Origin: Alphaproteobacteria bacterium
Lineage (GTDB): Bacteria > Pseudomonadota > Alphaproteobacteria > CBDDJK01
Reading direction: 5' to 3'
DNA length: 64,000 nt
NCBI GenBank assembly: GCA_965229675.1
Contig: OZ245897.1
Location: 1,185,127 to 1,249,126 of the forward strand
Translations under genes and position numbers: made by a program
Shown: positions 1 to 10,231 of the stretch, piece by piece
Numbering within the stretch: the stretch's first letter is position 1
How the letters are laid out: each line of letters starts with the position of its first letter
Notes under the pieces: generated by a model
The model's database searches: none
Told to the model about the DNA's origin: nothing
What the model saw: the letters and a program-made list of their open reading frames with translations, nothing else

Positions 1-142
1 AAGATTGATGATTTTATTCAACAAGGTTTTAATATTGTGCGTGCGATCTCTCCAATCGAAGCGACACTTATGGGTGAAGCCAAACGGCTTGGCCTTTCAC
101 ACACAATCGACAATAAAGGCACAATTATTGCGATCAATTAAT
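1..142 (+). CDS. 3' end of an unidentified CDS entering the window (frame 1, stop TAA at 140-142)
   Basis: Open frame from position 1 to TAA at 140-142 (…KIDDFIQQGFNIVRAISPIEATLMGEAKRLGLSHTIDNKGTIIAIN*). No family recognised. Confidence 0.3.
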
Positions 143-171
143 CTATTGTAAAACCTATAATAGTTATATCA

Positions 172-555
172 TTAATGCGTTATGCATATTTCCGAGCGGG
201 TTAAAAAACGCATGCCAGTTCCATTATCAAGGCTGAACATTCCACCAACCCCTTTAACAGCATCGATAATTAAATCGGTGTGTTTCCAGCGTTCATATTG
301 ATCACCATTCATATAAAACGGCAAATTACCAATTTCACCAACTAACACATCATGAGGGCCTGTTTGATATTCTGCTTTTGGAAAGCACATGGGTGCCGAT
401 CCGTCACAACAACCACCAGATTGATGAAATAGCAAATCATCACCATAACGCACTTTTAGCTGATTGATAAGATCCAGTGCCGCTTCTGTAGCACTGACGG
501 TCATAACTTTTGCTTCATTGCTTTCGTCTTTACTTGTCGATTGATTTGGATGCAT
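172..555 (-). CDS. DUF779-family protein, typically paired with aldehyde dehydrogenase
   Basis: 127 aa with GGCCDGS and PMCFP motifs. It sits immediately downstream of the aldehyde dehydrogenase gene on the same strand, the arrangement DUF779 genes are known for. Confidence 0.55.
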   Translation of the reverse strand: MHPNQSTSKDESNEAKVMTVSATEAALDLINQLKVRYGDDLLFHQSGGCCDGSAPMCFPKAEYQTGPHDVLVGEIGNLPFYMNGDQYERWKHTDLIIDAVKGVGGMFSLDNGTGMRFLTRSEICITH

Positions 556-636
556 TTCTATATCTCCCTTACATATAATCGTGTTAGCAGGGTCGCTTAA
601 TGAAATTTAAACAACCCTGCTAAAATGTATTTTTGC

Positions 637-2169
637 TTAAAAGAATCCAAGCGCATTATCGCTGTAAGAAACAAGTAAATTCTTGGTCTGGCGATAATGA
701 TCAAGCATCATTTTATGATTTTCACGTCCAACCCCTGACTGTTTATAACCACCAAAGGCTGCATGCGCAGGATAAGCATGGTAACAGTTCGTCCAAACCC
801 GACCTGCTTGAATGCCGCGTCCTATTCTGAATAATAGATTTGAGTTACGAGACCACACACCAGCCCCAAGCCCATAAAGCGTATCATTGGAAATCGCCAA
901 GGCTTCGGCTTCATCTTTAAAGGTAGTAACCGATACGACAGGCCCAAAAATTTCTTCTTGAAAAATCCGCATTTTATTATGACCTTTGAAGACAGTGGGT
1001 TCAATATAATTACCATTTTCCAAGCCGCTAATCTTGGCAACATTTCCCCCTGCAAGCACTTCTGCGCCTTCCTCACGACCAAGCTTGAGGTAAGAAGAAA
1101 TTTTCTCCATCTGTTCGGTGGAAGCTTGCGCACCAATCATTGTGGTCATTTCCAATGGGTTGGCTTGCGTTACTTTATTTACACGTTCAATCGCTCGCTC
1201 CATAAATTTATCATAAATGCTTTCTTGGATAAGTGCGCGCGATGGGCAGGTGCAAACTTCCCCTTGATTGAGGGCGAACATTGTAAAGCCTTCAAGGCAT
1301 TTATCAAAAAATGCATCATCTTGATCCATCACATCTTCAAAGAAGACATTCGGAGACTTACCACCAAGTTCCAAGGTAACAGGAATGATATTCTGTGCTG
1401 CATATTGCATGATAAGACGACCTGTTGTTGTTTCTCCTGTAAAAGCAATTTTTGCAATACGATTGCTGGAAGCAAGCGGTTTTCCAGCTTCCAGTCCAAA
1501 ACCTTGAACAACATTTAAAACACCTGCGGGCAGGACATCAGCAATCAAATCCAATAATACGCAGATGGAAGCTGGCGTTTGCTCGGCAGGTTTAATCACA
1601 ACACAATTGGCTGCCGCTAAAGCTGGCGCAAGTTTCCATGTTGCCATTAAAATTGGAAAATTCCATGGAATAATTTGTCCTACTACGCCCAAAGGTTCGT
1701 GAAAATGATAGGCATAGGTACTATTATCAATTTCACAAATTGATCCTTCTTCAGCCCGAATAACCCCTGCGAAATAACGAAAATGATCGACTGCGAGTGC
1801 AATATCGGCGTTAATGGCTTCGCGAATAGGTTTCCCGTTGTCGATTGTTTCGGCTGCGGCAAGTAAATTGGTGTTGTCTTCAATAATTTGTGCAATCCTG
1901 TTTAGCATGTTGGAACGTTCAGCAAGTGAAGTTGCTCCCCATGCATCCTTAGCAGCATGCGCTGCATCAATTGCAAAATTTACATCATCCGCATTTGAAC
2001 GTGCGATCTGGCAAATAATTTCACCTGTAACAGGGGATGGATTATCAAAATATTGTCCTGATTTAGGTTCTTCCCAACGACCATTGATGAAATTACCATA
2101 TTTAGCCTTAAAAGGAAATGGAACGCCTAAATGCGATGTATCTAAGGCTTTTGAAGGTTGAATGCTCAT
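637..2169 (-). CDS. NAD(P)+-dependent aldehyde dehydrogenase
   Basis: 510 aa with the ALDH signatures [14 protein letters not shown] (catalytic Glu) and GEVCTCPSR (catalytic Cys) and the GxxxxG NAD-binding region. Confidence 0.9.
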   Translation of the reverse strand: MSIQPSKALDTSHLGVPFPFKAKYGNFINGRWEEPKSGQYFDNPSPVTGEIICQIARSNADDVNFAIDAAHAAKDAWGATSLAERSNMLNRIAQIIEDNTNLLAAAETIDNGKPIREAINADIALAVDHFRYFAGVIRAEEGSICEIDNSTYAYHFHEPLGVVGQIIPWNFPILMATWKLAPALAAANCVVIKPAEQTPASICVLLDLIADVLPAGVLNVVQGFGLEAGKPLASSNRIAKIAFTGETTTGRLIMQYAAQNIIPVTLELGGKSPNVFFEDVMDQDDAFFDKCLEGFTMFALNQGEVCTCPSRALIQESIYDKFMERAIERVNKVTQANPLEMTTMIGAQASTEQMEKISSYLKLGREEGAEVLAGGNVAKISGLENGNYIEPTVFKGHNKMRIFQEEIFGPVVSVTTFKDEAEALAISNDTLYGLGAGVWSRNSNLLFRIGRGIQAGRVWTNCYHAYPAHAAFGGYKQSGVGRENHKMMLDHYRQTKNLLVSYSDNALGFF

Positions 2170-2299
2170 ATTTAAAACTCCTCTTTTTTAAATAATTAGA
2201 TTTAAAATACTGAATTATACTCCCTCACAAAACCCAGTGTGTATAGGGAATTATGTGGAGTCAAGAGTTTTTTTAATTTTATGAAAAAACTGAATTATA

Positions 2300-2887
2300 T
2301 CAAAGCGGTAAACGGCTGGTGAGTGCGGCGCGGAGGGTGCCGTCATCTAAATAATCTAACTCTCCGCCAATTGGTACACCGTGGGCTAGCCGTGTGATTT
2401 TAAGATTAAGTGGCTCAACCATATCGCTAATATAATGGGCTGTCGTCTGTCCGTCCACAGTAAGATTGGTGGCTAATATTAATTCTTGAATGGTGCCTGC
2501 TTGCAATCTTGTTAGCAATTTATCAAGATTTAACTCTTCAGGACCAATGCCGCCAAGCGCAGATAATGAGCCACCTAGCACATGATAAAGCCCGTGATAT
2601 CCCCCTGCGCGTTCCAATGCCCACAGATCGCCAACTTCCTCCACAACGCATAAAATTTGATGATCGCGCCCGTGATCTTCACAGATTGAACACGGGCTTT
2701 GATTGTCAATATTACCACAAATTTCGCATGGGGTAATCACGGCCGAAACATGCGATAACGCATCAATCAATGGATTTAATAAACGGTCTGGTCGTTTAAT
2801 GAGCGCAAGTGCAAATCGCCTTGCCGAACGCGGACCAAGCCCTGGCATTCGTGACAATAATTTAACCAATTGATCTAGCTCTTTCAT
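2300..2887 (-). CDS. recR: Recombination protein RecR
   Basis: 195 aa with a C4 zinc finger (CEICGNIDNQSPCSICED) followed by a Toprim domain (ILCVVEEVGDLWALE). Confidence 0.9.
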   Translation of the reverse strand: MKELDQLVKLLSRMPGLGPRSARRFALALIKRPDRLLNPLIDALSHVSAVITPCEICGNIDNQSPCSICEDHGRDHQILCVVEEVGDLWALERAGGYHGLYHVLGGSLSALGGIGPEELNLDKLLTRLQAGTIQELILATNLTVDGQTTAHYISDMVEPLNLKITRLAHGVPIGGELDYLDDGTLRAALTSRLPL

Positions 2888-2898
2888 GGGTTTGTTTT

Positions 2899-3930
2899 CT
2901 AATGTGATGCTCTGGTTAATCGGTCATTAATGGCAAGTGCCAATATTTGATCGGTTGGATCATCTGTTTTGGCAATAATCGGAGCAACCGCAATCGCTGA
3001 AACCTGTTGTGGTTGATCCAGCTTATGTAAATAATGAAAAAGATTCGCCGCAGCTTCAATCAACTTTCCTTGAGGCGATAAGTTTTCACTTAAAGTAGCG
3101 TCATGGTTATGATCTTTTCCAAAGCCAAGCCAAGCTTCCCCAGCATTTGGTGCCTCTGCATTTAATCGTAATGGCGTTGCAGGCGCATAATGACGTAACA
3201 TCTGACCTGGACTTTTAAAAGAATTGCATTCAGCATTTTTAATATCAAGGGGTGGGAGGGCAATCTTAAAGCCTAATAAAGTTTCAAATTGTGATAGCGG
3301 CTGGGTTCCAGCACGTAGCAGGCATGGTGCATTATGGTCTGTTAAATCGATGATTGTACTTTCCAAGCCCGCTTCACAATTTCCGCCATCCAAAATAAGT
3401 GGAAGCTGATCCCCAAAATCAGCCACAACATGCGCCGCACGGGTGGGACTTAAACGCCCACTTGGATTCGCACTTGGTGCGGCAATTGGCTTTCCAAAGG
3501 CGCGAATAAGATCACGCGCACCTTTATGGGCTGGCATACGCACCGCAATCGATTTTAATCCAGCCGTAACAAGATTGGAGATTGGCGCACCCTCTTTCAA
3601 TGGTAACACCAATGTCAACGGCCCTGGCCAACCTTGTGCCATAATGCGTTTAGCAGATTGTGATACATCAATAATGGGAGCCAACATATCAAGATCACTG
3701 ATATGGATAATTAATGGATTAAAGGCAGGGCGACCTTTAACTTTATATATTTCTGCAATCGCTTGATCGTTTGTCGCATCACCGCCAAGCCCATAGACCG
3801 TTTCAGTAGAAAAAGCGACAATTCCCCCCTGCTTTAACAGCTGGACAGCCTTGTTTATACCAATAGCATCAAATTTACAGATTTCGGTCATGAATACGCC
3901 AGATGATTGGATAAAGCAGTCCACCCGCAA
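2899..3930 (-). CDS. tsaC: L-threonylcarbamoyladenylate synthase, Sua5/YrdC type with a Sua5 C-terminal domain
   Basis: YrdC-fold motif GGIVAFSTETVYGLGGDATN. At 343 aa the length indicates the Sua5 form. The likely true start is the internal Met at 3891 (MTEICKF), which reduces the overlap with the upstream rhomboid gene. Confidence 0.8.
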   Translation of the reverse strand: MRVDCFIQSSGVFMTEICKFDAIGINKAVQLLKQGGIVAFSTETVYGLGGDATNDQAIAEIYKVKGRPAFNPLIIHISDLDMLAPIIDVSQSAKRIMAQGWPGPLTLVLPLKEGAPISNLVTAGLKSIAVRMPAHKGARDLIRAFGKPIAAPSANPSGRLSPTRAAHVVADFGDQLPLILDGGNCEAGLESTIIDLTDHNAPCLLRAGTQPLSQFETLLGFKIALPPLDIKNAECNSFKSPGQMLRHYAPATPLRLNAEAPNAGEAWLGFGKDHNHDATLSENLSPQGKLIEAAANLFHYLHKLDQPQQVSAIAVAPIIAKTDDPTDQILALAINDRLTRASH

Positions 3931-4564
3931 TCAACCCGCCAATATGTGCCTGCCAAGCAATCTGCCCCATTTTGCCTACTCCCCCTTCCATAAGTATTGA
4001 AAGGCCATTAAACACAAGAAAGACAATTAGCATCATTAACGCATTGCGGCGATTGGCAAATAGGGATTCAACAGGCGGATTATGGTTGCGTCGTCGCCAA
4101 AGAATAGGCTGCAATAACGCCCCTAATAGGCCGCTAACGCCACCACTTATCCCAATTGCAGGTGCATAAGGATCACTTGCAAGATAGGTATAACATAGCC
4201 CACCACCAATGACCGAACCAACAAGCAAAAACAACCAATTTAGTGGCGATAAGCGTCTTGCAAGTGGGCTACCAAACGCCATCAAAAATCCACAATTTAT
4301 TAAAAGATGAAATAAATCACCATGCAATAATCCATGTGTTGCTAACGGTAAAATTGAGGTGAAAACGTTAAATAATTCTGGATTACGTACCTGTTCAGGG
4401 ATCAGCAACATGCTTTCAAAAATCATTAAATGAATAGCCCCTAACCAGCTTGACCAATCTGGGGCAGATAGTCTTAACATGAATTGCACCCCATAAATTA
4501 TGATCAGAACCAGCACAGAATATTTAACAATTTCAGGCAAATTAAAGATTGGTTGAGGCTTCAT
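3875..4564 (-). CDS. Rhomboid-family intramembrane serine protease
   Basis: Multi-TM protein with the GxSG catalytic motif (GISGGVSGLLGA) and the downstream catalytic His in AHIGGLIAGG. The start MKPQPIF at 4564 overlaps the azlD stop in an ATGA arrangement. Confidence 0.75.
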   Translation of the reverse strand: MKPQPIFNLPEIVKYSVLVLIIIYGVQFMLRLSAPDWSSWLGAIHLMIFESMLLIPEQVRNPELFNVFTSILPLATHGLLHGDLFHLLINCGFLMAFGSPLARRLSPLNWLFLLVGSVIGGGLCYTYLASDPYAPAIGISGGVSGLLGALLQPILWRRRNHNPPVESLFANRRNALMMLIVFLVFNGLSILMEGGVGKMGQIAWQAHIGGLIAGGLLYPIIWRIHDRNL

Positions 4565-4920
4565 GACACCAATCCCCCCCATTGAAACAAGACAAAACAA
4601 ATAAAGCCCGTTGCTAACCCAAGCACCACCGATTTTTTTGTTACATACCAGACCGCAAAAGACAGCATAACAATCATTGCGCGGATTAACATGGCTTCAA
4701 AATCTATTGCCGTATCCATCTGGTTACTCGGCATGATTAGCACCCGAATAAGTAAAGCGGCCACCATCGCATAGGCAACGGCTGAAATCCATTGAAACAA
4801 ACGACTTTGTTCATCAATTCGTCCACAAATTGCCGCCCCGATCATCCGCCAACTTGTGGTGCCGATGATGGCCGCGAGTAAATAACTCCATAAAAGAATG
4901 GGATCAGAATGATCAATCAT
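4561..4920 (-). CDS. azlD: Branched-chain amino acid exporter small subunit AzlD
   Basis: Small hydrophobic protein directly downstream of AzlC with a 1-nt ATGA-type overlap, the typical azlCD operon layout. Confidence 0.6.
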   Translation of the reverse strand: MIDHSDPILLWSYLLAAIIGTTSWRMIGAAICGRIDEQSRLFQWISAVAYAMVAALLIRVLIMPSNQMDTAIDFEAMLIRAMIVMLSFAVWYVTKKSVVLGLATGFICFVLFQWGGLVS

Positions 4921-5657
4921 TAATTTTTACCTAAATTTGAAGCGAAAAACGCAATGGTTCCCCCACCAACCCCTGCAACAAAAATTGACCAATTGCCAAT
5001 GAACGGATAAAGGCCAAGCCCGCCAATAATACCAATTAAAACAGCAATCATATTCATCTTTTGACGTGGGTTAAGGATAAGCAACATCAAATAAAGTGGG
5101 GTAATAAATACGATGGCACCAACGATGGGTTCAGGCAAAACGCCACCTGAAAAATATCCTAACATTGTGCCACTTATGCCAGCGAAAAATAGCAAGGAAA
5201 CAAAGCCAATATAATAAGGCAATAGGAACATGCGCGGGATATAATCACGCACCAGCATAATCGCCGTCCATCCCGTTACCGCAAGAAAATGTGATAGGAT
5301 GAAGCGTACCAACCAGCTCAAGCGGCGTTCCCCCATAATCACTGTAATTCCAGTAACCGTGATGGGAAGCAAGCGCATATTAGCAAAGGATACCGCCAAT
5401 AAAGAGAACAAAAATCCAACTTTCAGGGATGCCATTTCATTCATGGCAACTTGTCCTGGCAAAGCCCAGATTAAGACCGCACCATTAAACGCAAACCACC
5501 AAGGAAGCCCCAATTCATGGGCCATTGCCCCAAACCCAGTCATTGATGCACCGATTCCAAGGGCAGGCACTCCAAAGCAATGCCCCATTCCAGCAATGAA
5601 CGCAGCCTTGTTATCGGCAATTTGGCTTAGCCGATTCAAAAAACGTTCAGAAGTCAT
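4920..5657 (-). CDS. azlC: Branched-chain amino acid exporter AzlC family
   Basis: 245 aa polytopic membrane protein with AzlC-family composition and N-terminal region, paired with azlD. Confidence 0.65.
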   Translation of the reverse strand: MTSERFLNRLSQIADNKAAFIAGMGHCFGVPALGIGASMTGFGAMAHELGLPWWFAFNGAVLIWALPGQVAMNEMASLKVGFLFSLLAVSFANMRLLPITVTGITVIMGERRLSWLVRFILSHFLAVTGWTAIMLVRDYIPRMFLLPYYIGFVSLLFFAGISGTMLGYFSGGVLPEPIVGAIVFITPLYLMLLILNPRQKMNMIAVLIGIIGGLGLYPFIGNWSIFVAGVGGGTIAFFASNLGKN

Positions 5658-5690
5658 GGGTTACAGTTAAAAGGGTTTGCTTAATCTGTT

Positions 5691-7640
5691 TTAAGACGCT
5701 GTTTCAAGGGGGCGTGTCATGAAGGCACTTAGCCGCTTTGCAAATGCCTGTGAATCAACAGGTGGCTCCCCATCAATAATCCGTGCTTGGTCATGTAGCA
5801 TCAAAACAATATCACGTGCTTGATCTTGCTGATCTGTAACCAAGGAAGTTAAATGAAGAATCAAAGGATGATTAGGATTAATTTCCATCTGTTTTAAACT
5901 TTGCTGATCAAGCTGTTTATGTTGCTTTAGCAAGCGTTCCAAATGTAAATCAGGTCCAAACTCACTTGCAACCAAACAAGCAGGCGATTCCGTTAAGCGG
6001 GTTGATAATTTAACATCACTGATATGTTCTTTTAGTTCAGTTTTCATAAAATCAAGCACCGCCTTTTGTTCATCACTTATTTCGGATTTTTTAGCTTCGC
6101 TTTTCTGTTCCTCTTTTGTTGAATCGATTTGATCGGTTTTCGTATCCTGTTCCATATCATCCAAATCCGCACCAGCACGTGTTACTGATTGCAGTTTGAT
6201 GCCATCATATTCGCCAACATAACCGACCCAAAATTCATCAACTGGATCTGTGAATAGTAAAACATCAATAGATTTTGCTTTAAACCCTTCAAGATGCGGA
6301 CTTGCCATAAGGCTGGCTTCATCCTCGCCACTGATATAATAAATTGCTTTTTGCCCCTTGACCATTGCTTCTTTATAAGCTTCCAATGATAGCCATTTGG
6401 ACTTATCGGATTGTATTGATTTAAACCGCACAAGATTTAGCAAACGCGCTTTATCTTCGGCAAAATCGCAAAGCCCTTCTTTCACAACAACCCCAAATTT
6501 TTCCCAAAATTGGTTAAAGCCTTCTTCATCTTCCTTGGCGCGTTTGGTCAAAAGATCAAGCACACGCCCAACCAGATTCTTACTGATTTTACTAATCACA
6601 GGGTTATTTTGTAACATCTCGCGCGAAACGTTTAGCGGTAAATCTTCAGAATCAACAACCCCGCGCATAAACCGCAACCAAGAGGGCAGTAATTGTTCGC
6701 ATTGATCGGTAATAAAAACTCGTTTTACATAAAGCTTAACCCGATTCAAACGCTCTGGATTAAACAGGTCAAACGGACGCTCGCTTGGAATATATAAAAG
6801 GGCTGAATATTCCAACATGCCTTCGGCGCGAAAATGGATATTGCCCCAAGGCTCGTCAAAGCCATGTGAAACATGACGATAAAATTCTTTATGCTGTTCT
6901 TCATCCATCTTTGAAGGAGCTAATGTCCAAGGCGCAGCACCACGATTAATTTGTTCATTTTCATCACCTTCTTCCCCGTCACTGATATGAAGACGGATAG
7001 GAAAGGCAATATGGTTAGAATAGGTGGTTACAATATGCTTGATGCGTTCTGCTTCAAAAAATTCGCTAGCATCTTCCTTAAGTTTCAAACGAATGATCGT
7101 GCCATGATCAGGGCCTTGTTTTTCAGGTGAGACTTTAAAGCCTGTTTTACCATCGCTTTGCCATTGATTAGACTTGCCTTCCCCCGCTTTGGTGGAAATA
7201 ACAGTCACTTCATCTGCAACCATGAAAGAGGCATAAAATCCAACCCCAAATTGACCAATTAAATTGATATCCTTTTTAGCATCACCGCTAACCCCAGCCA
7301 TAAATTCGCGTGTACCAGAGCGTGCAATCGTCCCAAGATTTTCTGTCAATTCCTTAGCACTCATGCCAATGCCGTTATCTTCAACGGTTAAAATACCTGC
7401 TTCTTTATCAACATGCAGAGTAATTCCTAATTCTTGACCATCCTTAATCAATTCGGGTTTAGAAATTGCCTGATAGCGCAAACGGTCACAAGCATCAGCA
7501 GCATTAGAGATTAATTCACGCAGAAAAATCTCGCGTTCAGAATAAAGCGCATGCGTTACAATATCCAGCAACCTTCCAACTTCAGCCTGAAATTCTTGGC
7601 TATGTTCTGTTTGTTTTTTCTGTGCCTTTTTTGCCATCAT
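5691..7640 (-). CDS. htpG: Molecular chaperone HtpG (Hsp90)
   Basis: 649 aa with the GHKL ATPase N-domain motifs LRELISNAADA and GQFGVGFYS and the charged linker of Hsp90. Confidence 0.95.
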   Translation of the reverse strand: MMAKKAQKKQTEHSQEFQAEVGRLLDIVTHALYSEREIFLRELISNAADACDRLRYQAISKPELIKDGQELGITLHVDKEAGILTVEDNGIGMSAKELTENLGTIARSGTREFMAGVSGDAKKDINLIGQFGVGFYASFMVADEVTVISTKAGEGKSNQWQSDGKTGFKVSPEKQGPDHGTIIRLKLKEDASEFFEAERIKHIVTTYSNHIAFPIRLHISDGEEGDENEQINRGAAPWTLAPSKMDEEQHKEFYRHVSHGFDEPWGNIHFRAEGMLEYSALLYIPSERPFDLFNPERLNRVKLYVKRVFITDQCEQLLPSWLRFMRGVVDSEDLPLNVSREMLQNNPVISKISKNLVGRVLDLLTKRAKEDEEGFNQFWEKFGVVVKEGLCDFAEDKARLLNLVRFKSIQSDKSKWLSLEAYKEAMVKGQKAIYYISGEDEASLMASPHLEGFKAKSIDVLLFTDPVDEFWVGYVGEYDGIKLQSVTRAGADLDDMEQDTKTDQIDSTKEEQKSEAKKSEISDEQKAVLDFMKTELKEHISDVKLSTRLTESPACLVASEFGPDLHLERLLKQHKQLDQQSLKQMEINPNHPLILHLTSLVTDQQDQARDIVLMLHDQARIIDGEPPVDSQAFAKRLSAFMTRPLETAS

Positions 7641-7681
7641 GACCCTCTTTTTAAAATTATGTTAATTGCAATCTGTTACCG

Positions 7682-7710
7682 ATATAGGATTGAAATAATA
7701 GGTTTCAAGG
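7682..7710 (-). promoter_or_regulatory. RpoH (sigma-32) type heat-shock promoter upstream of htpG
   Basis: Minus strand reads CCCCTTGAAA-N14-CCTATAT, about 40 nt upstream of the htpG ATG. This fits the alphaproteobacterial RpoH consensus CTTG-N17-CYTATNT and the E. coli CCCTTGAA −35 box. Confidence 0.5.
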
Positions 7711-9009
7711 GGCGGTTTTACTTACAGGGAGGGTGACCTCAATGACGTGTTCGGGTTCAAAAATTAGTTTTAAGTCAACGCGCTCGCCTTCCTCAATAGG
7801 ACGCTGCAATTCCATCAACATAATATGTGCCTTATGCGGGTGAAGATCAACTATTTGTCCACCATCAATGGCAATCCCATCTTTAAGTTCACGCATTTTC
7901 ATAATTTGATTTTCCATGACTGTTTCATGAAGCTTAGTTTTTTTAACAAAATCAGCCCTAACTTCAATTAAGCGGGCTGGACTGCTTCCTTTATTTTCAA
8001 TTGTAATATAGGCTGCGGCCATTGAACCTGCTGGCTGGCGTACCCAACCATCTTTGACCGTTAATTCTGTTTTTGCAAATACGGACTGACCGATCACTGC
8101 TAAATAGCCAATAAACACAACCAGCATAATAAAACCAGCCCATCTTGGCAGTTGGCCTTTTTTAAACCATAACACCGCCCCAACAAATAAGGTGGCGGCG
8201 ATCATCCACGGCACATCACGATGAAGGAATTGTGCATCCATCTCAAGAACACCGAACAGGCTTGCAACCCCAGGGATTGCAAGGGAGTTAAAGCCATTTG
8301 ATCCCAAAATATTTGCAATTGCCATATCGCTTTGTCTTTTCAAAATTGCTGAAAGGGTTGCGACTAATTCTGGAAGGCTGGTGCCAAATGCGACTAAGGT
8401 TAGCCCTATAATCCCTTCTGATACGCCAACGGCTCTTGCTAATTCTGCACCATAAAGAACGACCATATGCGCCCCTCCAAGTAAGCCGACAAGACCAATG
8501 ATCGCAAAGAGGACGCTGATCAAAAGTGTGGAGGGGGCTTCTGTGTCCTTCTCATCCTCACCATCTTGATCAAAACGTAACGCATAAAAGAAATAGCCAA
8601 TTAAACCAGCAAGCATGATCCCTCCTGCCCATGGGTTTAAGGCGCCTAAATAAACAAAACCAGCAAGCACAAAGGTTGATACTACCATCAAACCATTGTC
8701 ACGCATCACAGAATGAACTGCCCCTGATAAAGGCATAATTGCTGCGCCAAGGCCCAGAACCAGTAACAGGTTCATAATGTTACTGCCGATGATATTGCCA
8801 ACAGCGATGGCATCTTTGCCGCCAATATTTGCCTCAACCCCAATAAATAATTCTGGCGCAGAGGTACCAAATCCCATCACCACCAAACCGATTAAAGCAG
8901 GCGATACACCAAGGCGATTGGCAAGCCCTAAGCCGCCGCGCACCAATATATCACCGCCGCCAATTAATAAAATCAACCCCAAAATTGTTAAGAAAATTGT
9001 TAATAGCAT
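7705..9009 (-). CDS. CaCA-family Na+/Ca2+ exchanger (YrbG-like) fused at the C-terminus to a PCu(A)C copper-chaperone domain
   Basis: Residues 1 to about 320 carry two alpha-repeats (GTSAPELFIGV and GTSLPELVATL) across roughly 10 TM segments. Residues from about 325 onward match the PCu(A)C/DUF461 pattern: V.DGWVRQP…AAYITIENKG, then the H(M)x10M and HxM copper motifs (HETVMENQIMKM, HPHKAHIMLM). The ORF is continuous with no internal stop. Confidence 0.7.
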   Translation of the reverse strand: MLLTIFLTILGLILLIGGGDILVRGGLGLANRLGVSPALIGLVVMGFGTSAPELFIGVEANIGGKDAIAVGNIIGSNIMNLLLVLGLGAAIMPLSGAVHSVMRDNGLMVVSTFVLAGFVYLGALNPWAGGIMLAGLIGYFFYALRFDQDGEDEKDTEAPSTLLISVLFAIIGLVGLLGGAHMVVLYGAELARAVGVSEGIIGLTLVAFGTSLPELVATLSAILKRQSDMAIANILGSNGFNSLAIPGVASLFGVLEMDAQFLHRDVPWMIAATLFVGAVLWFKKGQLPRWAGFIMLVVFIGYLAVIGQSVFAKTELTVKDGWVRQPAGSMAAAYITIENKGSSPARLIEVRADFVKKTKLHETVMENQIMKMRELKDGIAIDGGQIVDLHPHKAHIMLMELQRPIEEGERVDLKLIFEPEHVIEVTLPVSKTAP

Positions 9010-9010
9010 G

Positions 9011-10231
9011 TTACACCTCGTCTAATGCATGTTCCAGATCAGCGATTAAATCGCCAACCGCTTCAAGACCCGTTGAAAAGCGAAGTAGCCCATCAACAAT
9101 TCCTTGTTTCTTTTTTTTCTGATCGGATAATTTACTATGCGTTGTCGTTGCAGGATGCGTCATTAGGCTTTTTGCATCACCAAAATTATTTGAAATATCA
9201 ATCAAATTCAGGCGATTCAGCACATTAAACGCATCTTGCTGATTGCCATCCTTCAAAATAAAGCTAATCACTGTGCCAAAATTGGTCATTTGTTGCTTAG
9301 CTAAACCATATTCGGGGTGACTGGCAAGCCCTGGATAGCATACAGATTGGATTTTAGGATGCTGTTCAAGAAATTCCGCGATGGTTTTTGCCGAATGGCT
9401 CATTGCATCAATGCGAAGCTTCAAAGTCTCCAATCCTTTTTCTAAGATCCAGCCATTAAAAGGGCTAAGGCCAGGTCCTGTATGGCGGATAAATGGTCGC
9501 AAATAATCTTCAATAAAGTCATTGCTTGAAATAACCACGCCGCCAAGGCAACGCCCTTGTCCATCAATATGTTTTGTGGATGAATAGGTTATAATATCTG
9601 CACCAAGCGATAATCCAGCCTGCGTACCAGGCCCTGCCATCCCACCATCCAGCACAACCCATGCGCCATGATTATGGGCAATTTTACTAATTTTGCGAAT
9701 ATCCAACACATGCAACATTGGATTAGTTGGGCTTTCAAAAAAAGCAAGTTTGGCACCAGATTTTTTGAACGCAGTTTCCCATTGGCTAAGGTCTCTTCCA
9801 TCAACAAAAATAGTTTCAATGCCAAAACGCGGTAGAATTTCTGATAAAATATAGGTGCAGGAATAAAATAATTGGTTTGCCGCAACTAATTTATCGCCTG
9901 ACTTTAAACAGCTTGCTAAAACTGCAAAGATTGCTGACATGCCTGTTGCCGTGGCGATACAGGCATCCCCGCCTTCAAGCACAGCCATTTTTCGTTCAAA
10001 CACGGAAAGGATTGGATTGGCATAGCGTGAATAAATGTAATTATCGGTTTCTCCACGAAAGGCTGCCGCCGCCTCTTCCGCACTGTCATAAACAAAGCCT
10101 GAGTTCATAAAGATGGGTTCATTGGTCTCTTTATAGTGGGTGCGTTTATAACCACCACGAACAAGATAGCTTTGAGGTTGCCAATTTTTTCTATTCATTG
10201 GTCGGCCTTTGCCATCCATTGACAAGCCCAA
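9011..10231 (-). CDS. metZ: O-succinylhomoserine sulfhydrylase (PLP-dependent, Cys/Met metabolism family)
   Basis: 406 aa Cys/Met-metabolism PLP enzyme (SSTKHIDGQG with the lysine, FSTGLEAVGDLIADL C-terminus). The likely true start is MNRKNWQ at about 10198. Confidence 0.8.
   Translation of the reverse strand: MGLSMDGKGRPMNRKNWQPQSYLVRGGYKRTHYKETNEPIFMNSGFVYDSAEEAAAAFRGETDNYIYSRYANPILSVFERKMAVLEGGDACIATATGMSAIFAVLASCLKSGDKLVAANQLFYSCTYILSEILPRFGIETIFVDGRDLSQWETAFKKSGAKLAFFESPTNPMLHVLDIRKISKIAHNHGAWVVLDGGMAGPGTQAGLSLGADIITYSSTKHIDGQGRCLGGVVISSNDFIEDYLRPFIRHTGPGLSPFNGWILEKGLETLKLRIDAMSHSAKTIAEFLEQHPKIQSVCYPGLASHPEYGLAKQQMTNFGTVISFILKDGNQQDAFNVLNRLNLIDISNNFGDAKSLMTHPATTTHSKLSDQKKKKQGIVDGLLRFSTGLEAVGDLIADLEHALDEV

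Noticed and set aside
5299-5670. Numerous 60-150-aa ORFs on the opposite strand of large genes (for example inside azlC, htpG, ileS, radA, the DMGDH-like gene)
   Set aside because: All lie antisense within well-supported long CDSs and have no start context or motifs. They are expected by chance at this GC content.
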